Positions 9,814-17,320 of a stretch of 32,000 nucleotides of DNA are shown piece after piece. Each line of letters starts with the position of its first letter. The first letter of the stretch is position 1. A program made the position numbers and the translations under genes. Origin of the DNA: Pseudomonas aeruginosa (lineage in GTDB: Bacteria; Pseudomonadota; Gammaproteobacteria; Pseudomonadales; Pseudomonadaceae); assembly GCF_001457615.1 (NCBI RefSeq), contig NZ_LN831024.1, positions 2,700,001 to 2,732,000 on the forward strand, in the 5' to 3' direction. The notes beneath the pieces are model-generated. The model worked only from the letters and a program-made list of their open reading frames with translations, was not told the DNA's origin and did not search any database.

Positions 9814-10808
9814 GCGGAGCCGTGGACGGGACGCGCGGTAGGGTCGACGAAGCGGTGGTCAGGCAGGCCATCCACTGGCTGGTCCGCCTGCGCTCGCAGC
9901 CGGCCGACGATCGCCTGCAGCGCGCCTGCGCGGCCTGGCGCGCGGAGCACGGCGAGCACGAGCGGGCCTGGCAGCAGGTCAGCGCGCTCAACGAAGAACT
10001 GCAAGGACGCTTCAAGGCGCTGCCCGGCGGGGTCGCCTACGGCACCCTGGACAGCAGCGCGCAGCGCCTGCAGCGGCGCCAGGCGCTGAAACTGCTGTCG
10101 CTGCTGGTGGCCGGCGGCGCCGTGGCCTGGGTCGGTCGCGATAGCCTGCCCTGGCAGCGCCTGAGCGCCGACTACAGCACCGCCACCGGCGAGCGGCGCA
10201 GTATCGAGCTGGTCGACGGCACCCGCCTGCAACTGAACACCGACAGCGCGGTCGACGTGCGCTACGACGCCGGCCAGCGCCTGATCCTCCTCGCCCGCGG
10301 CGAGATCTTCCTCGCCAGCGGCGCCGATACGCAATCGCCCACGCACAGGCCGCTGCGGGTACGTACCGCGCAAGGGCTGTTCGAGGCCCTCGGCACCCGT
10401 TTCAACGTACGCCTGCAAGATGCCGCCACCTGTCTCAGCGTCAGCGAGGGTTCGGTGCGCATCGATGCCTTCGGCGCGCGTCCGCTGCAGGCTCCGGTGG
10501 CCGAGGCGGGGCAGAGCTATCGGATCGCCGCCGACGGCGTGCGGCGCCTCGAACGGCCGCAGATGGACGCCGTGGCCTGGGCCGATGGCCTCATCGTCAC
10601 CCGCGACATGCGCCTGGCCGATTTCCTCGCCGAGGTCGCCCGCTACCGCAACGGCTACCTCGGCTGCGCCGCGGAGGTCGCCGACCTGCGCCTGTCCGGG
10701 GTCTATCGCCTGGACGACACCGACAAGCTGCTGCAGGTGCTCGCGCGGACCCTGCCGGTGCGCCTGCAGCGACATACCCGCTGGTGGGTGAGGGTGGTCG
10801 CCGCCTGA
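9810..10808 (+). CDS. foxR: FecR-type anti-sigma factor/transmembrane sensor (FoxR-like)
   Basis: AIHWLVRLRSQPADDRLQRACAAWRAEHGEHERAWQQV; GERRSIELVDGTRLQLNTDSAVDVRYDAGQR; ATGA overlap with foxI. Confidence 0.9.
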   Translation: MSGAVDGTRGRVDEAVVRQAIHWLVRLRSQPADDRLQRACAAWRAEHGEHERAWQQVSALNEELQGRFKALPGGVAYGTLDSSAQRLQRRQALKLLSLLVAGGAVAWVGRDSLPWQRLSADYSTATGERRSIELVDGTRLQLNTDSAVDVRYDAGQRLILLARGEIFLASGADTQSPTHRPLRVRTAQGLFEALGTRFNVRLQDAATCLSVSEGSVRIDAFGARPLQAPVAEAGQSYRIAADGVRRLERPQMDAVAWADGLIVTRDMRLADFLAEVARYRNGYLGCAAEVADLRLSGVYRLDDTDKLLQVLARTLPVRLQRHTRWWVRVVAA

Positions 10809-10860
10809 GTCGCGCCGGCGGCCGCGTGGACGCTTGCTTTCGTCCGGAGCGAAACGCACT

Positions 10861-10879
10861 GAAAATTATTTTCATTATT
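10861..10879. promoter_or_regulatory. Candidate Fur box upstream of foxA
   Basis: GAAAATTATTTTCATTATT matches 14/19 of the classic Fur consensus (counted by eye). Confidence 0.65.
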
Positions 10880-10951
10880 TTTGTCGGCTTTCCGCGACTG
10901 GTCCGGCTTTACCGATTGAACACCCTTCAACGACTCCAACGGATCCCGTTC

Positions 10952-13414
10952 ATGACCGCCACCGCCGTCGTCCTCCGCAATGCCCCGTCGTCCCTCGATT
11001 TCCCCCGCGCCTCGCGCCTGAGCCGTTCGGTGCGCGCGGCCCTGCTGTCGTTGGCCATGGCGGCCGGCGCGGCGCCGCTCTGCGCCTCGGCCGCCGAAGC
11101 GGCGGCGGAACAGGCGCGGCCCTATGCGATCCCCGCCGGACAGTTGGGCGACGTGCTCAACCGCTTCGCCCGCGAAGCCGGCATCACCCTCTCGGCCACT
11201 CCGGCGCAGACCGGTGGCTACAGCTCCCAGGGGTTGCGCGGCAGTTTCACCGTGCAGCAGGGCCTGGCCCGGCTGCTCGCCAACACCCCGCTGGAAGCGG
11301 AAGACCAGGGCGACGGCAGCTTCGTCTTGCGCGAGGCGCCGGCAAAGGACGGCGATGTGCTGAACATGCAGGCGGTGGAGGTCTTCGCCCTCGGCAACAA
11401 CCTGGGCAGCACCGATGGCTACCTGGCCACCCATAGCCAGATCGCCACCAAGACCAGCAAGCCGCTGCTGGAAACCAGCCAGACCGTCTCGGTGATCACC
11501 CGCGAGCAGATCGACGACACCGCCTCCAAGACCGTGCAGCAGGCGATGCGCTATACCCCCGGCATCTTCACCGGCCAGGTCGGCGCCTCCAACCGCTACG
11601 ACTACGTGGTGATGCGCGGCTTCGCCGACAACAGCGTGGACAACATCTACCTCGACGGCCTCAAGGCCATGGGCGACAGCGGTACCTTCAGCTCGATGCA
11701 GGTCGACCCGTACTTCCTCGAACGCATCGATGTGCTCAAGGGGCCGTCCTCGGTGCTCTACGGCCGTAGCCTGCCGGGCGGCCTGGTGGCGCTGACCAGC
11801 AAGAAGCCGTTGTACGAGGACTACCGCCAGATCACCGGCAGCATCGGCAACATGGGCCAGAAGGAGATGGGCTTCGATTTCAGCGGGCCGCTCGACGAGG
11901 AGAAGCGCATCGCCTACCGCCTGATCGGTCTCGGCAAGGGCTCGGACACCCAGTTCGATCACGTCAAGGAGGAGCGCTACGCCATCGCCCCGACCCTGGC
12001 CATCGACTTCAGCGACGACACCACCCTGACCCTGCAAGGCTACCTGCAACACGATCCCAACGGGGGCTACCACGGCGGCGTACCGGCCGACGGCACCCTG
12101 TCGCACCACAACGGCCGGCACATCTCCCGCGAGTTCTTCGATGGCGAGCCGAGCAAGGACGACTTCGACCGCACCCAGCGGATGTTCGGCTACCAGCTGG
12201 AGCACCGCATCGACGACGTCTGGTCGGCGCGGCAGAACTTCCGCTACCTGGACTCCGACGTCGACCTGTCGCAGGTCTACGCCTACGGCTGGAGCGCCAG
12301 CGAGCCGAACAAGCTGAACCGCTACTTCAGCGGCGCCCGCGAGCACCTGCAGGCGTATATCGTCGACAACATGCTGCAGGCCGAATTCGCCACCGGCGCG
12401 GCGCGCCACACCCTGCTCACCGGCCTCGACTACCAGCGCCGGCGCACCGTGGTCGACTGGCGTTCCGGCTCGGCCTCGGCGCTGGACGCGTTCAACCCGG
12501 TCTACGGCGACGACGCCATCAGCTATTTCCCGGACGACAACCACACCCGCCGCCTGGAGCAGACCGGCGTCTACCTCCAGGACCTGATCGACATCGACCA
12601 GTGGCGCTTCTCGCTCGGCCTGCGCCAGGACTGGGTCAGCGTCACCGACAAGAACCGCAGCACCGGCAGCAAGGCCGACGACGACTGGGAGAAATTCACC
12701 GGGCGGATCGGCGCGCTGTACCTGTTCGACAACGGCCTGGCGCCCTACGTCAGCTACTCCGAGTCGTTCAACCCGAACGCCTATTCCGACGCCTCCGGCA
12801 CGCCCCTGGCGCCCACCGAGGGCAAGCAGTGGGAACTCGGCCTGAAGTTCCAGGCGCCGGGCAGCAACAGCTTCTACACCGCCTCGCTGTTCCATATCAC
12901 CCAGGAAAACGTCGCCTCCAAGGAACCCCAGGACAACTTCTACACCTCGGTCGGCGAAGTGCGCTCCCAGGGGCTCGAACTGGAGGCCCATACCCAGCTC
13001 AGCGACAACCTGAAACTGCTCGGCAGCTACACCTACACCGACATCACCTACACCAAGTCGCTGGACGGCAACCAGGGCCATACGCCGAACCAGGCGCCCA
13101 AGCACATGGCTTCGCTGTGGGCCGACTATGCCTTCGACGCCGGCCCGCTCAGCGGTCTGAGCATCGGCGGCGGCGCTCGCTACGTCGGCGAGACCTGGGC
13201 GGACAAGGAAAACACCTTGCGGGTGCCGGACTACACCCTGGTCGACGCGCGGATCGGCTACGACCTCGGCAAGCTCGGCCTGAAAGGCCTGGACGTCAGC
13301 CTCAATGCCAACAACCTGCTGGACAAGGACTACGTGGCGTCCTGCTACAGCCTGGACTTCTGCTACTTCGGCGAGAAGCGCAACGTCACCGCGACGGTGA
13401 ACTACCAGTTCTGA
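10952..13414 (+). CDS. foxA: TonB-dependent siderophore (ferrioxamine) receptor with N-terminal signalling (STN) domain
   Basis: STN domain YAIPAGQLGDVLNRFAREAGITLS; plug VSVITREQIDDTASKTVQQAMRYTPG; ends in barrel strand TATVNYQF; adjacent to foxI-foxR. Confidence 0.92.
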   Translation: MTATAVVLRNAPSSLDFPRASRLSRSVRAALLSLAMAAGAAPLCASAAEAAAEQARPYAIPAGQLGDVLNRFAREAGITLSATPAQTGGYSSQGLRGSFTVQQGLARLLANTPLEAEDQGDGSFVLREAPAKDGDVLNMQAVEVFALGNNLGSTDGYLATHSQIATKTSKPLLETSQTVSVITREQIDDTASKTVQQAMRYTPGIFTGQVGASNRYDYVVMRGFADNSVDNIYLDGLKAMGDSGTFSSMQVDPYFLERIDVLKGPSSVLYGRSLPGGLVALTSKKPLYEDYRQITGSIGNMGQKEMGFDFSGPLDEEKRIAYRLIGLGKGSDTQFDHVKEERYAIAPTLAIDFSDDTTLTLQGYLQHDPNGGYHGGVPADGTLSHHNGRHISREFFDGEPSKDDFDRTQRMFGYQLEHRIDDVWSARQNFRYLDSDVDLSQVYAYGWSASEPNKLNRYFSGAREHLQAYIVDNMLQAEFATGAARHTLLTGLDYQRRRTVVDWRSGSASALDAFNPVYGDDAISYFPDDNHTRRLEQTGVYLQDLIDIDQWRFSLGLRQDWVSVTDKNRSTGSKADDDWEKFTGRIGALYLFDNGLAPYVSYSESFNPNAYSDASGTPLAPTEGKQWELGLKFQAPGSNSFYTASLFHITQENVASKEPQDNFYTSVGEVRSQGLELEAHTQLSDNLKLLGSYTYTDITYTKSLDGNQGHTPNQAPKHMASLWADYAFDAGPLSGLSIGGGARYVGETWADKENTLRVPDYTLVDARIGYDLGKLGLKGLDVSLNANNLLDKDYVASCYSLDFCYFGEKRNVTATVNYQF

Positions 13415-13460
13415 CCGTCCACCCGGGCCCCGGCGCCAGCGCCGCGGTACCGGCCAAGCA

Positions 13461-13487
13461 GCCCGGCGCGCGACGTACGCGCCGGGC
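13461..13487. terminator. Strong GC hairpin between foxA and the reductase gene, candidate terminator/attenuator
   Basis: GCCCGGCGCG - 7-nt loop - CGCGCCGGGC, perfect 10-bp stem; no U-tract follows. Confidence 0.45.
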
Positions 13488-13531
13488 ATTCGCCGGCGTC
13501 GCCGGCCGTACCCTGGTTACCTGGAGCCCCC

Positions 13532-14680
13532 ATGCGCCCCGTCCTGGTCCTGCTGCACCGCTATGTCGGTCTGGCTACCGCGCTGTTCCTTTTCCTCGCC
13601 GGTCTCACCGGCAGCCTGCTGGCCTTCCATCATGAAATCGACGAATGGCTGAACCCCGGCTTCTACGCCGTGGGCGAGGGTGGCGAGCGCCTTTCCCCGG
13701 GCAGCCTGGTGCAACGCGTCGAGTCACGCTATCCGCGACAACTGGTGTGGTACATGGAGTATCCCGAGGCGGGCGGGCATCCGGCGTTGCTCGCCACCGT
13801 GCCGCGCGAGGCCGGCGCCAAGGTCGAGCACGACGTGTTCTACCTCGACCCGGTCAGCGGCGAGGAAGTCGGCAAGCGCCTCTGGGCGGCCTGCTGCTTC
13901 CAGCCGGCGAACCTGGTTCCCTGGGTCCTGGAGTTCCACCACAACCTGACCCTGCCGGGGAACTGGGGCCTGTACCTGATGGGCGGGGTGGCGATGTTCT
14001 GGTTCCTCGACTGCTTCGTCGGCGCCTGGCTGACCCTGCCGCGCGGCCGGCCGTTCTGGAGCAAGTGGACGACAGCCTGGAAGATCAAGCGCGGCAACGC
14101 CTACCGCTTCAACTTCGACCTGCATCGCGCCGGCGGCCTCTGGCTCTGGCTGCTGCTGGCGCCGGTGGCGCTGAGCAGCGTCGCCCTGAACCTGCCGAGC
14201 CAGGTGTTCAAGCCGCTGGTATCGCTGTTCTCGCCGATCGAACCGAGCGTCTACGAGGCGCGCGGGCGGCTGCCCAGGGAGCAACTGGGGGAGACCCGCC
14301 TGGACTACGACCGCACCTTCCAGTTGGCCAGCGTCGAAGCGGCGCGGCTGGGCATCGCCGAGCCGATCGGCGAGCTGTACTACAGCTTCGAATACAACTT
14401 CTTCGGCGCCGGCTTCGGCGACCACGACGACCCCATGGGCAAGTCCTGGCTGTTCTTCCACGGCAGCGACGGCCGCCTGCTAGGCCAGGAAGTCGCCGGG
14501 CAGGGCAGTTGGGGAGAGCGTTTCTACCGCTTGCAGTACCCGATCCACGGCGGGCGCATCGCCGGCCTGCCGGGACGCATCGCCATCGCCGCCCTCGGCC
14601 TGGCCATCGCCGGGCTGTCGCTGACCGGTGTCTACATCTGGTGGCGCAAGCGCCGGGCGCGCCACTGGAACGGCCGCTAG
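13532..14680 (+). CDS. foxB: PepSY-associated TM protein, siderophore-iron reductase FoxB-like
   Basis: LLHRYVGLATALFLFLAGLTGSLLAFHHEIDEWLNP..LEFHHNL..LYLMGGVAMFWFLDCFVGAWL; immediately after foxA, matching the characterised FoxB context. Confidence 0.85.
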   Translation: MRPVLVLLHRYVGLATALFLFLAGLTGSLLAFHHEIDEWLNPGFYAVGEGGERLSPGSLVQRVESRYPRQLVWYMEYPEAGGHPALLATVPREAGAKVEHDVFYLDPVSGEEVGKRLWAACCFQPANLVPWVLEFHHNLTLPGNWGLYLMGGVAMFWFLDCFVGAWLTLPRGRPFWSKWTTAWKIKRGNAYRFNFDLHRAGGLWLWLLLAPVALSSVALNLPSQVFKPLVSLFSPIEPSVYEARGRLPREQLGETRLDYDRTFQLASVEAARLGIAEPIGELYYSFEYNFFGAGFGDHDDPMGKSWLFFHGSDGRLLGQEVAGQGSWGERFYRLQYPIHGGRIAGLPGRIAIAALGLAIAGLSLTGVYIWWRKRRARHWNGR

Positions 14681-14726
14681 ACGGCTGTTAGTCTGGCTGC
14701 CTCCCACACCACCAGAGGATGGACGA

Positions 14727-15251
14727 ATGAACGCAAGGATCGCCGCATTGGGACTGCTCCTGCCCCTGGCCGCCGGCAGCGCCGTGGCCGCGGAGGAGGG
14801 CAGCTCGGTCAAGGACGCGGCCAAGGCCGCGGTGTCCTCGGCCATCGAGACTGGCAAGAACCTCCTCGGCGGGGTCAGCGAGGGCATCACCAGCGGCCGC
14901 CAGTCGGCCCAGGGCGCCGATGGCGCCAAGGTGGTCTCCGACAACGCCGGCTTCGCCGAGATCGGCCAGGTCGAAGTGCTCAAGACCGAGCCGCGCGACC
15001 AGCAACTGGCCGTCACCCTCGGCTTCAAGAACGACAGCGACGCCACCGTGCGCCTGATCAACCTGACCCAGACCGGCGCGCTGCTGGTGATCGACAACGA
15101 CGGCTACTCCAACGCCCTGGTCGCCCTCGCCAACCCCGACGACGTCACCGTCCCGGCCAAGGCCGGCATCCGCCAGACCTTCGTCTTCGAAGGCGGCGCG
15201 GAAGGGATCAAGGCGGTACGCCTGTGGGGCAAGGACCTGCCGGTGAAGTGA
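14727..15251 (+). CDS. Exported hypothetical protein
   Basis: Signal peptide MNARIAALGLLLPLAAGSAVAA; good coding character; 174 aa. Confidence 0.8.
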   Translation: MNARIAALGLLLPLAAGSAVAAEEGSSVKDAAKAAVSSAIETGKNLLGGVSEGITSGRQSAQGADGAKVVSDNAGFAEIGQVEVLKTEPRDQQLAVTLGFKNDSDATVRLINLTQTGALLVIDNDGYSNALVALANPDDVTVPAKAGIRQTFVFEGGAEGIKAVRLWGKDLPVK

Positions 15252-15293
15252 GAGGCGCGTCGCGCCTCCATCCCTTTCCTGGCCAGCGCTGCC

Positions 15294-15375
15294 GTAGGGT
15301 GAATAACGCCAAAGGCGTTATCCGCCGATACCCCGCTACATTGGCGGATAACCGCGGTGCGGTTATTCGCCCTAC
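15294..15375. repeat. REP/BIME-like pair of imperfect palindromes
   Basis: GAATAACGCCAAAGGCGTTATCCGCC and GGCGGATAACCGCGGTGCGGTTATTCGCC face each other, flanked by GTAGGG...CCCTAC. Confidence 0.8.
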
Positions 15376-15387
15376 TTCCTTCCCGCG

Positions 15388-15624
15388 TTACCTGTCTTCT
15401 ATAACAACAGACTGTGCTCCTTCGAATCCACTTAACCAATGTGGTTCATCAAGAGCATACTCGGTAACAGTAAAACCGTTAGGGGATTCTTTGAATCCTG
15501 AAAGTTCTAGATATTTGGAAATTTCTGAGTTTGCCTTGGTCTTTGTACGGAATATTCCTAGAATCTTATAACTTTCGCTCTCGGAGTTTCCGTATGTGTG
15601 GTGAAGTATGAATACGCTGCTCAT
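15388..15624 (-). CDS. Small DUF7336-like protein, orphan immunity-like
   Basis: MSSVFILHHTYGN..ESYKILGIFRTKTKANSEISKYLELSGFKESPNGFTVTEYALDEPHWLSGFEG: H-Y-G..IGI..GF...P.GF..D-W..GF pattern; family name is from memory. Confidence 0.65.
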   Translation of the reverse strand: MSSVFILHHTYGNSESESYKILGIFRTKTKANSEISKYLELSGFKESPNGFTVTEYALDEPHWLSGFEGAQSVVIEDR

Positions 15625-15758
15625 CGTATCTCTGTTTTCCCAAAAATTGAGTTATTTGGATCTGTCAAGAAAGGCAAAGGGGCGAGAAAATAAATATGTT
15701 TATTTCCTCTTTATAGTATAGGGTTTTCCTCTGTCTCTGGAGTTCTTTGTGTCTGGCT

Positions 15759-16127
15759 TTAGTTGGTGCTTGGGTAGCCATTTATTTCTACGGAAAGTTT
15801 CATTTCATGGATTTTATTGATCATTTTTTTTGAAAGGTGGAAAGGAAATATGACGGTTTCATCTGTATTGTAGTAAATTGCGATTCTAAAGATTAGGTTG
15901 CTAATTTCTTCCTCATTAGTCATGAAGGTCAAGCCCTTAAGGAAGGAGTAAGCATTATTTTCAAATTCCATCCAGTTAGAGAAGCTGAAGTCATCCGTGG
16001 ATACTGAGATAGTGCTATTTTTCTTGTTTTTGAATGTGTGTCGGATGGGTAGGCTTGTGATAAATGAAGGAAGGTCAAATTTTAGACTAGGGTTGGCAGT
16101 TATCTCTAATGTGCATTCAAATGACAT
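15759..16127 (-). CDS. Small hypothetical protein, possible orphan immunity protein
   Basis: 122-aa ORF with AT-rich composition (MSFECTLEITANPSLKFDLPSFITSL...); lies in the small-ORF array downstream of the Rhs genes. Confidence 0.6.
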   Translation of the reverse strand: MSFECTLEITANPSLKFDLPSFITSLPIRHTFKNKKNSTISVSTDDFSFSNWMEFENNAYSFLKGLTFMTNEEEISNLIFRIAIYYNTDETVIFPFHLSKKMINKIHEMKLSVEINGYPSTN

Positions 16128-16150
16128 TTTTTCTCCGAATTCGTGAATAA

Positions 16151-16303
16151 AGGGGCGGATTTATTTTATCTACTCTAAATTTTCTGAGCATGGAGGCTCC
16201 TGCGCAGATGCTGTAAGGGAACTTCCCGATGCCTAGGCAGGAGCGAGTGGTTTAGCGTGGGCAGTCGCTGAAATTATAGTGGTAAAAATAGATCTTTCCC
16301 CTT
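16151..16303. mobile_element. MITE-like nonautonomous element A with inverted termini
   Basis: Left end AGGGGCGGATTTATTTTA, right end TAAAAATAGATCTTTCCCCTT (imperfect inverted); internal sequence related to copy B. Confidence 0.6.
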
Positions 16304-16332
16304 TTCCCAGAAGCTCTATCTTTAGAGCTTTC

Positions 16333-16665
16333 TCAGTTTTTTATTGTGAACTGTAAAGTCATCAAAGCGATGAGTGCAATAATTAAGGTGAGGCAAGTTG
16401 ATTGCAGGTAAAGGAGTTGCCTCCCTCTTTTCCTGATTTCTTTATTTTTCAAGGAATTGTATTGCTTTCGGAATATAAATTTCTCAAGCTTGAAGTCGTC
16501 TATTTTTACTAGATAGGATAAGAAATACCCTGATGGCCTGCCAAGCTTCTCCCAGGTGTTTAGCTCTTCTTTCTTTAAAATTCTTATGAATGTTGTTCTT
16601 TTTAGCTCTAAGACTACCAGAGTGATGGCGCACAGAACTGCTATTATGTTGTAGAGGCTACTCAT
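16333..16665 (-). CDS. Small membrane protein, candidate immunity protein
   Basis: 110 aa with N-terminal (LYNIIAVLCAITLVVLEL) and C-terminal (LQSTCLTLIIALIALMTLQF) hydrophobic helices and a charged middle. Confidence 0.55.
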   Translation of the reverse strand: MSSLYNIIAVLCAITLVVLELKRTTFIRILKKEELNTWEKLGRPSGYFLSYLVKIDDFKLEKFIFRKQYNSLKNKEIRKRGRQLLYLQSTCLTLIIALIALMTLQFTIKN

Positions 16666-16794
16666 TGCCGCTTCCCTCTTTTTCGCAGCTTGGCTCTCTA
16701 TTTCGCTCTTGGCTGCAAGATGCTCCGCAGATCATTACTATTTTGCTATTGCATACTACCCCTTGCTCCAGGAATAAAGGAGTAAAAGAATAAA

Positions 16795-16965
16795 AGGGGC
16801 AGATTTATCTTCCCTGCTCTAATGCTCTGAAAAGGAGGTCCTAGACGCCGTAAGGGGACTCCGCGATGCCTCGGTAAGGGCGATTGGTTTAGCGAGTTAT
16901 TCGCTTTGAGTGGTTTAGCGTGAGCGGTTGCTGAGATTATGGTAGTAAAAATAAATCTGTCCCCT
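16795..16965. mobile_element. MITE-like nonautonomous element B with inverted termini
   Basis: Left end AGGGGCAGATTTATCTT, right end AAAATAAATCTGTCCCC; shares TGCTGTAAGGG/CGCCGTAAGGG, GATGCCT, GGTTTAGCG and GCTGA(a/g)ATTAT blocks with copy A. Confidence 0.65.
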
Positions 16966-17018
16966 TTCCCACGGTCCCCTTTTCTCACGGGTGTTGTACT
17001 CAGTTTTTGTGGTCGCCG

Positions 17019-17312
17019 CTAATCAACTAGATCGTGATCAATCTCCAACTCGACCCCTCGTAAAAATATAGAGGTAATAATAAGTGCTGACAAAAAATCC
17101 ATCATCCAGAATATCCAGCCCTTGAATAGTAGTGCATTAATTGGAAGTGCGGCAAGAAAGAAGGCTGCATTCGCTACTCCTAAGTCTCTATGGTAGTTTC
17201 TTGCAATTAGTGTTGTTTTGCACTTTTTGCAAGTTGCTCTTCCGTCAGAGCCGAGCCTAATAAAAGAAATGCTGTTTCCACATTTCGGACAGGCCAAATT
17301 TAAGATTCTCAT
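17019..17312 (-). CDS. Small zinc-ribbon plus two-TM membrane protein, candidate immunity protein
   Basis: CPKCGN..CKKCK zinc ribbon, then VANAAFFLAALPINALLF and IFWMMDFLSALIITSIFL helices; starts just after the Rhs stop (GTG at 17321 is an alternative start). Confidence 0.6.
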   Translation of the reverse strand: MRILNLACPKCGNSISFIRLGSDGRATCKKCKTTLIARNYHRDLGVANAAFFLAALPINALLFKGWIFWMMDFLSALIITSIFLRGVELEIDHDLVD

Positions 17313-17320
17313 TATAATCA

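Noticed and set aside
10703-13489. 928-aa minus-strand ORF opposite foxA
   Set aside because: GC-rich shadow ORF antisense to a well-supported TonB receptor; its translation is low-complexity and has no recognisable domain.
16746-16988. 80-aa minus-strand ORF (MRKGDRGKGDRFIFTTI...)
   Set aside because: Lies almost entirely on MITE-like element B; best explained as a translation of the repeat rather than a gene.
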